From an uncultured Sphingosinicella sp. (GTDB lineage Bacteria > Pseudomonadota > Alphaproteobacteria > Sphingomonadales > Sphingomonadaceae), in NCBI GenBank assembly GCA_964438875.1, contig CAYTMM010000005.1, positions 14,968 through 78,967 of the forward strand: a stretch of DNA of 64,000 bases, written 5' to 3'. The notes beneath the pieces are model-generated. The model worked only from the letters and a program-made list of their open reading frames with translations. It made no database searches and was not told the DNA's origin. A program made the translations under genes and the position numbers. Shown piece after piece: positions 39,217 to 51,987 of this stretch. Numbering within the stretch: the stretch's first letter is position 1; each line of letters begins with the position of its first letter.

Positions 39217-40289
39217 CGGACGTGCCCGACCCGCTCGAAATGAAAACCCTCGGCGGCAAGGCCGGGGCCGAAGGCGATGGCCACGCCCTTCTGTGCGCCC
39301 GGCCGCTCCAGCATCAGCGCCAGCACGAACATCAAGGTCGCCGACGACATGTTGCCGTAGCGCGCCAGCACCTCGCGGGAGACGTTGAGCGCGCCCTGAT
39401 CCAGCTCCAGCCCGCGCTCGACCGCATCGAGGATCGAGCGCCCGCCGGCATGGACCGCCCAGGCGTCGATCTCGTCCCGCGCCCAGCCATTGCACAGGGC
39501 CGCGCGCGTCTCGTCATCCGCCAGCGCCTGGTGGATGCGGCCCGGCACTTCCCCGGACAGGGTCATCTGAAAGCCGGTGTCGCCGATCGCCCACTGGATC
39601 AGCTCGGCCGAATCCTCCAGCGCGCGCGAGAAGAGGTGGCTCATGCGGAAGCCGTCCGGCTCGGCCGTGACCAGCGCGGCCGCCGCGCCGTCGCTGAACT
39701 GGAGCATGGCCAGCAATGGCTCGAGCTGCTGCGCCTCCTGCAAATGCAGCGTGCACAGCTCGACCGTCACCACCAGCACCCGCGCCGCCGGCTCTGAACG
39801 GACGATATGATAGGCGGTGCGCAGCGCCGCGACAGCGGCATAACAGCCCATGAAGCCGACCAGTGTCCGCTCGACATGATCGAGACCGAGCGCCCGGGCG
39901 ATGATCTGGTCGATCCCCGGCGCGACGAAGCCGGTGCAGCTCGCCACCACGAGATGGGTGACGCCGTCCAGCGGCGCCTTGTCCTTCAGCGCGTCGATCG
40001 CGCGAAGGGCCAGCTTGGGCGCTTCCCCGGCATAACAGCCCATGCGCGCCGAAGTCGCCGGCATGGCCCCGTGATAGAAGCCGCCGGGCGCATCGTGCGG
40101 CTGGCCGCCGGGCGGCGGCAGCACCGACCAGCGATGTTCGATCCCGGACCGCTCGGCCATCCGGCCAAACACCTTGCGGGTGCGGGGGTCTTCGATCCGG
40201 CGCTCCGCCCAGTCGATGAAGAGCCGATGGACATCATGGTCCGGCACGGCGCCGGCGACGGCATTGATATAGGCCTCACTCGCGCGCAT
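39213..40289 (-). CDS. Type III polyketide synthase (chalcone synthase-like)
   Basis: Catalytic Cys (GFMGCYAA), His (WAVHAGG) and Asn (YGNMSS); AFGPGL. Confidence 0.95.
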   Translation of the reverse strand: MRASEAYINAVAGAVPDHDVHRLFIDWAERRIEDPRTRKVFGRMAERSGIEHRWSVLPPPGGQPHDAPGGFYHGAMPATSARMGCYAGEAPKLALRAIDALKDKAPLDGVTHLVVASCTGFVAPGIDQIIARALGLDHVERTLVGFMGCYAAVAALRTAYHIVRSEPAARVLVVTVELCTLHLQEAQQLEPLLAMLQFSDGAAAALVTAEPDGFRMSHLFSRALEDSAELIQWAIGDTGFQMTLSGEVPGRIHQALADDETRAALCNGWARDEIDAWAVHAGGRSILDAVERGLELDQGALNVSREVLARYGNMSSATLMFVLALMLERPGAQKGVAIAFGPGLAAEGFHFERVGHVR

Positions 40290-40355
40290 CGGCGGCCCTT
40301 CCGGCTTCGCACCCCTCCGCCCCAACGGCTACACCCGCACAAGGCTCCCGTGCAA

Positions 40356-41738
40356 TCAGCGACCGCCCAGTTCCAGCGCGAGATCGTGCGTATGCTCGAT
40401 CGCATCATAGAAGGCGGAGGCCGGAATCCGCTCGTCCAGGCCGTGGAAGCGCATATCCTCCGGCTTCATGAAGATGCCGGACGTGGCGAAGGTCGGGATG
40501 CCGGCGGCGCGATAGACCAACCCGTCCGTGCCGCCCGATTCCAGATAGGGGGTGATCGCAACGCCGGGATGGCGGCGGTGGATCGATTGGGTGATCGCGG
40601 CGGTCACATCCGCGCGCATCTCGGAAACCGGGCTCGCCTGCGGATTGCCAACCGTCTCAATCCGGATCGCGGAATCGCCGATCGCCTCAGCCAACGCCGC
40701 ACGCACCGTCTCCGCCTCGACGCCGGGAAAGATACGGCAGTTGACTGTGGCCGAAGCGCGCTGGGGCAATGCGTTCTCGGCATGACCGGCCTCCAGCATC
40801 GTCGCGACACACGTGGTCCGCGTGGTGCCGACATATTCGGGCGCCCCTCGCAGCGTCTCGGCGGCTTCGGCATCGTCCGGATCGGTGGCGAACCGGCGCA
40901 GCGCCTCGCCCTCGGCGCCCGGCACGATCCGGCCGAGCGTACCGAGATAGGCGCGGGTCAGATCATTGGCCATGACCGGGAAGCGATAGGCCTCGATCCG
41001 GAGCAAGGCGCGGGACAGGTCGTAGATCGCATTGTCGTCGCGCGGTCGGCTGGAATGGCCGCCAGGATTGGACGCGGTCAGGCGATATGACGCGAAAGTC
41101 TTCTCCGCACCCTGGATCAGATAGACCATCGGCCGCCCGTCCGGCGACAGCAGCCCACCGCCGGCATCGGTGTTGATCGCATATTCGGCATTGCGGACCC
41201 ACTCATGCGCGGCGGTCAGCCGGGTCGTTTCCATCCCCGTCTCCTCATCGCCGATGAAAGCGAAGACGAGGGTGCGGCGCGGCTGGTGCCCCGCGGCGCG
41301 CATGCGGAGGATCGTCGAGACCAATGCCGTAATGCCGGCCTTGTTATCGCCGGTGCCGCGCCCGAAGAAATAGCCGTTCTCTTCGATCAGGGTGAACGGA
41401 TCGCGTTCCCAATCCTCCGGTCGGGCATCGACCACATCCATATGGCCGGAAAACAGCAGCGGTCGCGCGGTCGCGTCACGACCCGGCAGGCGTACCAGAA
41501 GACCCACCGTTTCGTCATGGGGAAGCCGCACGATGTCGCTTTCCGGCACGCCGGCGGCACGCAGCGTCTCGACGATATAGTCCGTCATCGCCGGCACCTG
41601 ACCGTGGCTGGCGGCGCTGCGGAAGGAGATCAGCCGCTCGTAGATCGCCCGCGCCTCGCGCTGGTGCGGCGCGTCCTGCGCCACGGCCGGCGCGGCCAAC
41701 ATCGCCATCGCCAACCACGTCCACAATCCGCGCATCAT
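40356..41738 (-). CDS. M20/M25/M40 family metallopeptidase, secreted
   Basis: Signal peptide, GHMDVV, GRGTGDNK, GDEE, GGHSS, GGTDG and HGLDERI motifs. Confidence 0.92.
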   Translation of the reverse strand: MMRGLWTWLAMAMLAAPAVAQDAPHQREARAIYERLISFRSAASHGQVPAMTDYIVETLRAAGVPESDIVRLPHDETVGLLVRLPGRDATARPLLFSGHMDVVDARPEDWERDPFTLIEENGYFFGRGTGDNKAGITALVSTILRMRAAGHQPRRTLVFAFIGDEETGMETTRLTAAHEWVRNAEYAINTDAGGGLLSPDGRPMVYLIQGAEKTFASYRLTASNPGGHSSRPRDDNAIYDLSRALLRIEAYRFPVMANDLTRAYLGTLGRIVPGAEGEALRRFATDPDDAEAAETLRGAPEYVGTTRTTCVATMLEAGHAENALPQRASATVNCRIFPGVEAETVRAALAEAIGDSAIRIETVGNPQASPVSEMRADVTAAITQSIHRRHPGVAITPYLESGGTDGLVYRAAGIPTFATSGIFMKPEDMRFHGLDERIPASAFYDAIEHTHDLALELGGR

Positions 41739-41754
41739 GCCGTTTCTTCCTGTC

Positions 41755-43452
41755 TCATTGCGCCGCCGGGCAATTGTTCCAGCCCGGCCCGCGCACCACC
41801 CGGCCGGGCAGCGCGCCGGTCGGCTCGCCGTCGCTGAGCACCTGTGCACCGTTGACGAAGACATGGCGCATGCCGACCGCATATTGATGCGGCGCCTCGT
41901 AAGTCGCCCGATCGGCGATCGTCGCCGGATCGAAGATTGCGAGATCGGCGAAATAGCCCTCCGCAAGCGTGCCCCGATCGCGGATGCCGAGATTTGACGC
42001 TGGCAGCGACGTCAGCCGCCGCACCGCTTCTTCGAGCGGGATCAGCCCCTCGTCGCGTACATAGCGGCCGAGCAGCCGGGCGAAGGTGCCGTAAGTGCGC
42101 GGATGCGGATGGGCATTGGTGAAAGGTGGCTCGGCGGCGATGCTGCCGGAATCGGAGCCGAAGCTCATCCAGGGAAGCTGCACCTTCCGCCGCACATTGT
42201 CCTCGTCCATCAGGAAATAGATCGTGCCGACCCGGCTGCCGTCCTCGACGACCAGATCCATCGCCGTGTCCTCGGGATTCGTGCCGCGTTCACGGGCCAC
42301 GTCGGCCAGCGTGCGGCCAACATAATGGCGCAGCGCCGGATTGCGGAAATCGGTGAAGATCATCCCTTCCGCGCCGGCACCGTGATACAGATTCTCCCAG
42401 CCGTCGCCCGGCCGGCGCATCTCCTCGGCAACGCGCGCGCGGATCGCCGGATCGCGCAGCCGCGCGATCCAGGCATCGGTCCCGCCCTCCTGCACCCACA
42501 GCGGCATCGCGGCGGTGAGGCCGGTCGCGCCCGCTGTATAAGTGTACATGTTGGTGGTGATCCTGAGTCCCTCGGCCCGCGCTGCCTCGATCCGGCCGAC
42601 AATCTCGTCGAAACGGCCCCAATTGTCGCGGCCAGCCAGTTTCAAGTGATAGATTTCCGCCGGTGCGCCGGCGCGGCGGGAAATCTCGATCAGCTCGTCG
42701 ATCGAGTCCATGATCCGGTCGCCCTCGGACCGCATATGGCTGATATACATGCCGCCGCAGCGCCCGGCCTCGCTGACCAAAGCGACCAGTTCGTCGGTCT
42801 CGGCGAAATTGCCCGGCGCGTAGATGAGCGAGCTACCGACCCCCATCGCGCCCTCGTTCATCGCCTGGCGGACCAGCGCGCGCATCCGGTCGAGCTGCTC
42901 CGGCGAGGGATCGACATCGCTCTCGCCCAATTCGTGGATGCGTATTGTGGCAGCACCGACGAAACTGGCGACATTGGGGGCGATACCCCGCTGTTCCAGA
43001 TGCTCCAGATAACCGCCCAATGTGGTCCAGGTGATCGGGAAGCGGATATTGCTCTGCCGCGCCAGCGCGGTCTCGCGCATCGCCTCGTTGACCGGCCCCA
43101 TCGACCAGCCCTCGCCCATCACCTCCAGCGTCACGCCCTGACGGATATCGCTCTGGCTGCGGCCGTCCTGGATCAGCGATTCGGTCGCCCAGCTCAGCAT
43201 GTTGATGAAGCCGGGCGCCACGGCGAGGCCGGCGGCATCGATCTCGCGGGCGCCGTTCCCCTCTATGCGCGGCGCCACGGCGACGATCCGATCGCTCCGG
43301 ATGGCGACGTCGCCGGCATAAGGCGCGCCGCCGATCCCGTCATGGATCATGCCGCCGCGAATGACGATGTCGTAAGCCGGAGTCTCTTGGGCGACGGACG
43401 GCCCGGTGAGCAGCAGCGCAACCGCCGCAAGCAAGGTTCCGAAACGTCGCAT
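41755..43452 (-). CDS. N-acyl-D-amino-acid deacylase family amidohydrolase
   Basis: GVTLEVMGEG, YISHMRSEG, IYHLK, SFGSD, HPHPRTYGTFARLLG and ADLAIFDP motifs. Confidence 0.9.
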   Translation of the reverse strand: MRRFGTLLAAVALLLTGPSVAQETPAYDIVIRGGMIHDGIGGAPYAGDVAIRSDRIVAVAPRIEGNGAREIDAAGLAVAPGFINMLSWATESLIQDGRSQSDIRQGVTLEVMGEGWSMGPVNEAMRETALARQSNIRFPITWTTLGGYLEHLEQRGIAPNVASFVGAATIRIHELGESDVDPSPEQLDRMRALVRQAMNEGAMGVGSSLIYAPGNFAETDELVALVSEAGRCGGMYISHMRSEGDRIMDSIDELIEISRRAGAPAEIYHLKLAGRDNWGRFDEIVGRIEAARAEGLRITTNMYTYTAGATGLTAAMPLWVQEGGTDAWIARLRDPAIRARVAEEMRRPGDGWENLYHGAGAEGMIFTDFRNPALRHYVGRTLADVARERGTNPEDTAMDLVVEDGSRVGTIYFLMDEDNVRRKVQLPWMSFGSDSGSIAAEPPFTNAHPHPRTYGTFARLLGRYVRDEGLIPLEEAVRRLTSLPASNLGIRDRGTLAEGYFADLAIFDPATIADRATYEAPHQYAVGMRHVFVNGAQVLSDGEPTGALPGRVVRGPGWNNCPAAQ

Positions 43453-43596
43453 GAGCTTCCCCCGTCTTTCGACAATGCCGGGGGCCACCATGATGCGGTC
43501 GGCGTCGGTGCTCAAGCCGCCTTGCACAAAAAGAATGGCGAGCGCCTTGGGGTGCGCCCGCCATTCCTCCCGGGTCCCTCGCGGGATGGAAGTGCG

Positions 43597-45327
43597 TCAG
43601 GAATGGCCGGCGCGCATCCGGTCGGCCGCTTCGCGCATTTCGCGCGCGCCGTCGCGCATGCCGCGTGCGCCGTCGATCAACCCTTCGCCGGCCTCGATCA
43701 ATTCCTCGTGAGTCGTCGTCTCGCCGCGCCGGCGGGCGTGAGCGATCTTTTCTTCGCGATAGGCGGGATCGGTGCGCAGCCGGATACCGGTCTGCTCCAT
43801 CCTGTCCGCCCCATGCTCCATCTGGCGTGCGCCCTCTAACATGCCATCGGCACCACGCGCCATCGAGAGCCGGAGCGTGCGCCGCGAATCCGCCATCGCC
43901 CGCTCCGCATGGCGCATCGCGACGGCGACATCGGCGTGCTGGACAACGTGCGCGCGGGCGACCTGCTCGCGTGCCCGGCGCAGCTCGGCATCGATCCGGG
44001 CGCGGCTGTGGCCGGCGCGGCGCATCTCCGCTTCAGCGCGGCGCAGCGCTTCCTCGATATGCGCGGGATCGACCGCGACCTGCGCATTGGCGAGTGCGAC
44101 CGGAATGGCCGGCAGGGCCGCCGCCAGTGCGTCGCGCACGATCAGGCCAACGTCGGGGATCGGCGGAACGGGAGGAACGGGCGGAACACGGATATGGACC
44201 ATAGCCGGCGCATCGGGCGCGGCCAGGGCTTCGGGCGGGACCGGCGGCGCAGGAGCGACCGGGGCCTCGGGCGCCGCCGGCACTTCCGGGGCATCGGGCG
44301 CAGGCGGCACAGCGACGGGCGCAAGTGCCGGCGGGGCCTGTGTGGCGGCGACCAGCTTGGCGGTGGCGACCGGCGCGGCGATGCCGAGGCACAGCAGCAT
44401 GGCGATGCCGGTCCAGGCCGATCCGGCCGGCCGCTCGCGGCTGCGCCGGTCCAGGATGGCCCGCACCCGGCGGCCGAGCGCGCCGCCCCTGGGCGCAATG
44501 CTGTTCGCGGGGACCATCGCGTTGAACCGCGCCCAGGACAGGAGCGTCTCGGCATAACGAGCGGGATCGATCCGCTCGGCCGCTTCCAGATCGGCCGCTT
44601 CCTCGGCCTGCTGGACGATTTCGCGCTCCAACAGCCAGACCAGGGGATTGAACCAGAACAATGCCTTCACGGCGCGCGCCAGCATCAGCACCGGCCAGTC
44701 GCCGCGCGCGATATGGGCGACTTCATGGGCCAGGATCGCCTCCGCGTCGTCCGGCTCGCCGAGTGTGTCCGGATCGATCAGGATTACCGGCCGGCGCCAG
44801 CCCCAGCTGAGCGGCGAGCGCACCTCATCGGCCGCCAGCAGCCGGATCGCGTCCGGGTTTCCCGCCTGCCAGCGCACCCGGTCGAACGCGGCCAACCAGT
44901 CCGGGCAGGTCACATCTCGTCCGCTGCGCGTCCAGCGCCGCAGCGTCCACAGGCCCGCCAGCAGCCGGACGCCGATCATCGCCAGCCCACCCAGCCAGGC
45001 GAGGAGAATGAGCGGTGTCGGATCGTCCCAGATGGTCGGCGCCTCAGCGGGCGGCAGCCCGCCGGCGAGGGCGGCGAGCTGCCATTCGCTCATCGGTGCG
45101 GCCACGAATGCAGGTGGCGCCTCGGGCGCGGCGAATGCGACAATCTCGAGCGACGGCACGAACAGGACGATCAGCGGCAGCGCCAGCAGCATGACGACGC
45201 CGAGCTTCAGCACCATCGCGCGGTCGGCAGCGGCGCGCGAACGCAGCATCGTCGCCAGCATCAGCGCCGCACCCGCGATCAACGCGGATTTCCACGCCAT
45301 CTCGGCAAAGAAGGACATGTCCATCAC
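43597..45327 (-). CDS. M56 family (BlaR1-like) membrane metallopeptidase
   Basis: SPLSWG, LAHEVAHIARGDW, WFNPL and EEAAD motifs; Pro-rich linker and helical C-terminus. Confidence 0.92.
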   Translation of the reverse strand: MMDMSFFAEMAWKSALIAGAALMLATMLRSRAAADRAMVLKLGVVMLLALPLIVLFVPSLEIVAFAAPEAPPAFVAAPMSEWQLAALAGGLPPAEAPTIWDDPTPLILLAWLGGLAMIGVRLLAGLWTLRRWTRSGRDVTCPDWLAAFDRVRWQAGNPDAIRLLAADEVRSPLSWGWRRPVILIDPDTLGEPDDAEAILAHEVAHIARGDWPVLMLARAVKALFWFNPLVWLLEREIVQQAEEAADLEAAERIDPARYAETLLSWARFNAMVPANSIAPRGGALGRRVRAILDRRSRERPAGSAWTGIAMLLCLGIAAPVATAKLVAATQAPPALAPVAVPPAPDAPEVPAAPEAPVAPAPPVPPEALAAPDAPAMVHIRVPPVPPVPPIPDVGLIVRDALAAALPAIPVALANAQVAVDPAHIEEALRRAEAEMRRAGHSRARIDAELRRAREQVARAHVVQHADVAVAMRHAERAMADSRRTLRLSMARGADGMLEGARQMEHGADRMEQTGIRLRTDPAYREEKIAHARRRGETTTHEELIEAGEGLIDGARGMRDGAREMREAADRMRAGHS

Positions 45328-45695
45328 TCCCGCTCCTTGGCTTCGTCGATCGCCCGCTGCAGGGTTTCAGCCTCTTCCGGCGACAGGCTTCGCGTCAGGC
45401 CGAGCAGCGCTGTCGCCGCGTTCGCCGTCGAACCGTCGAAAAAGGTCTTCACCATCGATTTGAGCGCGGATTCGCGGACCTTCCCGGCCTGCGGAACGCT
45501 CTTGTAGACATAAGCGAGGCCCTCGGTCCGGTGCTTGATCATCCCACGCGCCTCCAGCCGGGTGAGCAGGGTGCGGACCGCCGAATAACTCGGCGCGTCG
45601 TCCATCGCCGCGCGGATATCCGCTGCTGTGCCTTCGCCCAGCCCCAGAAGAATATTGAAGATCTCGCGCTCGCGGCGCGGCAGCGAATCGATCAT
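45324..45695 (-). CDS. BlaI/MecI/CopY family repressor
   Basis: LPRREREIFNIL...YSAVRTLLTRLEARG...FFDGS motifs; overlaps the M56 start. Confidence 0.93.
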   Translation of the reverse strand: MIDSLPRREREIFNILLGLGEGTAADIRAAMDDAPSYSAVRTLLTRLEARGMIKHRTEGLAYVYKSVPQAGKVRESALKSMVKTFFDGSTANAATALLGLTRSLSPEEAETLQRAIDEAKERE

Positions 45696-45710
45696 GCAAG
45701 CCTCTTTCCT

Positions 45711-45740
45711 GCTACCTTTGTAGCATGTCACATTTGTAGC
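45711..45740. promoter_or_regulatory. Tandem BlaI/CopY-type operator
   Basis: GCTAC-CTTT-GTAGC (45711-45724) and GTCACA-TT-TGTAGC (45727-45740), similar to TACAnnTGTA. Confidence 0.7.
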
Positions 45741-45817
45741 AGGATGCAAGTGCGTTCCGTCGCGCGTACCGGTCGTTTCGGCGCCACGAGATGAAGCGGC
45801 GATGAACCGCGCGCGGC

Positions 45818-46243
45818 TCAGGCGCCTTCCGGATATGTCTCGCGCATATACGCCAGCGCCTCGACGATCAGCTCCTCGAGCACCGTCTCGTCCACATCGC
45901 TCAACCGCTTGATGTAGAGACAGGACTTGCCCGTCTTGTATTTGCCGAGCCGGTCCATCAGCGCCTGATGCCGGGGGAAGCCACCGATCAGGTAGAGCAC
46001 CATCTCCTTCGCGCGCGGCGAGAAGCCGATCCGCGCCGCATGCTCCTCCCGACCGCTATCATATTTGTAACGATAATGGCCGAAACCGACGATGCCGTAG
46101 GTCCACAATATCGCCGGCTCGCCCGACAGACGCTCCATCAGCGCACGCATCGTCTTCGCGTCCTCGCACCGACGCGGATCGGCCACAGCGTCCAGAAAAG
46201 CCTCCACGCTCTCCTGCGTCGGCTGCAGCTTGTTCTCGGCCAT
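45818..46243 (-). CDS. DUF1801 domain protein
   Basis: IVGFGHYRYKYDSGREE...GFSPRAK...LGKYKTGKSCLYIKRL motifs. Confidence 0.88.
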   Translation of the reverse strand: MAENKLQPTQESVEAFLDAVADPRRCEDAKTMRALMERLSGEPAILWTYGIVGFGHYRYKYDSGREEHAARIGFSPRAKEMVLYLIGGFPRHQALMDRLGKYKTGKSCLYIKRLSDVDETVLEELIVEALAYMRETYPEGA

Positions 46244-46327
46244 CTTGCCCTCTCCTTCCCGATCAAAGACTTTGATCGTTTCTTCCGCATCATGCTAACC
46301 GGTGCCGGTCTATCAGGGGGGATTGTC

Positions 46328-47017
46328 ATGCGTCAGGGGCTTTGTTTCGTTCTGTCCGCCATGTTCGCCATCGCCGTCGGGCTGACCATCTTGCCCGGCG
46401 CGGACAGCGCCCGCGCTCAGGGCAGCAGCAATGACTGCCCCTTCTCTATCGGCGGCGCGAATGCGCGCGAATGCTATTGCAGCGCGCAGGCGGCGACGCA
46501 GGGCTCCGTCTGGGGCACGGACGTCTACACTGCGGACAGCGGCATGTGCCGCGCCGCTGTCCATGCCGGCGTGATCGACGGACAAGGCGGCGTGATCCGG
46601 GTCCGCGCCGCGCCCGGCCAGTCCTCCTATCCGGCCAGCACGCGCAACGGTGTCGCGAGCAGCCGCTGGACGGCCTATGATCGCAGCTTCACGTTCGAAG
46701 GAATCGACGCAGCGCCGCAGGATGCAACCGTCGATGCCTGTCCGGCCACGCCCGGCAATATGGCGATCGGCACCAGCCTTACCTGCAATTGCGGCGTGGA
46801 CGCGACAGGATCGGGCAGCGTCTGGGGCAGCGGTCCCTACACCACCGATTCCTCGATCTGCCGCTCCGCCCGTCATGCCGGCGCGATCGGCGCAGGCGGC
46901 GGCACGGTGACGATCCATGTCGTCGTCGGTCGCGACAGTTATCCGCCCAGCCAGCGCAACGGCGTCGAGGCGGTGGCCTGGGCACGCTACGGCAGCTCGT
47001 TCATCGTCGAACGCTGA
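46328..47017 (+). CDS. Secreted protein with two LCCL domains
   Basis: Signal peptide; two repeats: VWGTDVYTADSGMCRAAVHAG and VWGSGPYTTDSSICRSARHAG. Confidence 0.88.
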   Translation: MRQGLCFVLSAMFAIAVGLTILPGADSARAQGSSNDCPFSIGGANARECYCSAQAATQGSVWGTDVYTADSGMCRAAVHAGVIDGQGGVIRVRAAPGQSSYPASTRNGVASSRWTAYDRSFTFEGIDAAPQDATVDACPATPGNMAIGTSLTCNCGVDATGSGSVWGSGPYTTDSSICRSARHAGAIGAGGGTVTIHVVVGRDSYPPSQRNGVEAVAWARYGSSFIVER

Positions 47018-47101
47018 TCGCCAAAGCGGACTTCGTTTCGGATCAGACTTAGCTTGAGCGGCTGAGTGCGCCATGCCCCCTTGCGGCCGGGGGAGAGGGG
47101 C

Positions 47102-48706
47102 ATGGCGAACCGGCTATTCTATGCCGACAATCTGGTCGCGCTGCGCGACCATGTCGCGAACGAGAGCGTCGATCTCGTCTATCTCGATCCGCCGTTCAAC
47201 TCGAACGCCAATTACAACATCCTCTTCCGCTCGCCCGCCGGCCATGCCGCCGAAAGCCAGATCCAGGCGTTCGAGGATAGCTGGCACTGGAACGACGCCG
47301 CCGAGGATGCCTTCGAGCAGGTGATGCGCTCCGGCCAGACCCGCGCCTTCGATCTGCTGCGGGCGATGCGTGCCTTTCTCGGCGAGAACGACATGATGGC
47401 GTATCTCTCCATGATGGCGATCCGCCTGATCGAGCTGCACCGCGTGCTCAAGCCCACCGGCAGCCTCTACCTCCACTGCGATCCCACCGCGTCGCACTAT
47501 CTGAAGCTGTTGCTCGATGCGGTGTTCGGACCGGTCAATTACCGCAACGAGATCATCTGGCGGCGGACCACCAGCCACAATTCAGCCCGGCGCTATGGCA
47601 AGATCGCGGACACGATCCTCTTCTACACGAAGTCGGACGAATATGTGTGGAATGACGTTCGCGCCGCCTTCAGCGATGCGCAGCTCAACCGCTATCGCGA
47701 GGATGAGGCGGGCCGCCTTTATCGCGCGGAAAATCTGACAGCGGACCGACGCAATTCGCAGTCCGGCAAATTCGAATGGCGGGGGACGATGCCGCCGCCG
47801 AGCCGCGGCTGGGCCTATACTTTGGAACAGCTCGAAGATTGGTGGCGCGAAGGACGGATACTCAAGCGGCGTGACGGATCGCCGCGCATGGACGGGTTGA
47901 AAATATATCTGGACGGGCTGGAAGGCCAGAAGCTCCAGTCAGTTTGGACGGACATTGCCCGGATCGGCAACACGGCGGCGGAGCGGCTCGGTTATCCGAC
48001 GCAGAAGCCAGTCGCTCTGCTGGAGCGGATCGTCGCCGTCTCGTCGAACGAGGGCGATCTGGTGCTCGATCCGTTCTGCGGCTGCGGCACGGCGATTCAC
48101 GCGGCCGAGAAACTGGGCCGGCGCTGGATCGGTATCGACGTCACACACCTGGCCATCTCGCTGATCGAGCGGCGGATGAAGGATGCCTTTCCGAATGTCG
48201 CCTTCACTGTCGAGGGCGTACCGCGCGATCTCGCCTCGGCACTCGATCTCGCCGCGCGCGACAAATATCAGTTCCAGTGGTGGGCAGTCTCGCTGGTCGA
48301 TGGCATGCCGCTCGACGGGCGCAAGAAGGGCGCCGACGGGGGGATCGACGGGCTTATCTATTTCAAACCGGACGGGAAGCGCACCGAGAAGGCGCTGATC
48401 TCGGTCAAGGGCGGCCAGAATGTCGGCGTCGGCATGGTACGCGACCTGCACAGCGCGATGGAGCGCGAAAAGGCGCCGATCGGTGTGCTCATCACCGCCG
48501 CGTTGCCCACCGGCCCGATGCAGCGCGAGGCCGCCGCTGTCGGCCGCTTCACCGACGAATTCAACCGCGGCTGGCCCCGCCTCCAGATCCTCACTCTCGC
48601 AGAGCTGTTCCGTAGCAAGCGCCCGGCCATCCCCTATCCCGATCCGCTCGCCGCAATTCGCAAGGCCCGCCGCGAGACGATGGAGAAGCAGGAGAGCCTG
48701 CTGTGA
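47102..48706 (+). CDS. Beta-class N4/N6 DNA methyltransferase with C-terminal Mrr-like endonuclease domain
   Basis: YLDPPFNSN, YPTQKP and LDPFCGCGT motifs; C-terminal GADGGIDG...ISVKGG. Confidence 0.88.
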   Translation: MANRLFYADNLVALRDHVANESVDLVYLDPPFNSNANYNILFRSPAGHAAESQIQAFEDSWHWNDAAEDAFEQVMRSGQTRAFDLLRAMRAFLGENDMMAYLSMMAIRLIELHRVLKPTGSLYLHCDPTASHYLKLLLDAVFGPVNYRNEIIWRRTTSHNSARRYGKIADTILFYTKSDEYVWNDVRAAFSDAQLNRYREDEAGRLYRAENLTADRRNSQSGKFEWRGTMPPPSRGWAYTLEQLEDWWREGRILKRRDGSPRMDGLKIYLDGLEGQKLQSVWTDIARIGNTAAERLGYPTQKPVALLERIVAVSSNEGDLVLDPFCGCGTAIHAAEKLGRRWIGIDVTHLAISLIERRMKDAFPNVAFTVEGVPRDLASALDLAARDKYQFQWWAVSLVDGMPLDGRKKGADGGIDGLIYFKPDGKRTEKALISVKGGQNVGVGMVRDLHSAMEREKAPIGVLITAALPTGPMQREAAAVGRFTDEFNRGWPRLQILTLAELFRSKRPAIPYPDPLAAIRKARRETMEKQESLL

Positions 48707-48862
48707 TCCGCGCCGCCGCCCGGCTGCTCGGCCTCGCGTGCGACGCGCTGGTCATACTGGTCACACTCGCCGCGCCCCTGCTCTCGCTCACGACCCTCAT
48801 CGCCGGCTGACCCCGTCCGCTTGCGTCCGCCGCGCCGCGCCCCCATTTCGGCGGCAACCGCG

Positions 48863-48908
48863 TTGACGCCCCGTGCGGGCGCGATTACCACAAGAACAAA
48901 TCTGGAAC
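48863..48908 (+). promoter_or_regulatory. uvrA promoter with LexA box
   Basis: -35 TTGACG at 48863; GAAC-AAATCTG-GAAC at 48894-48908, 10 bp before the ATG. Confidence 0.85.
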
Positions 48909-48918
48909 AGAGAGCTTC

Positions 48919-51983
<3,065 letters not shown>

Positions 51984-51987
<4 letters not shown>

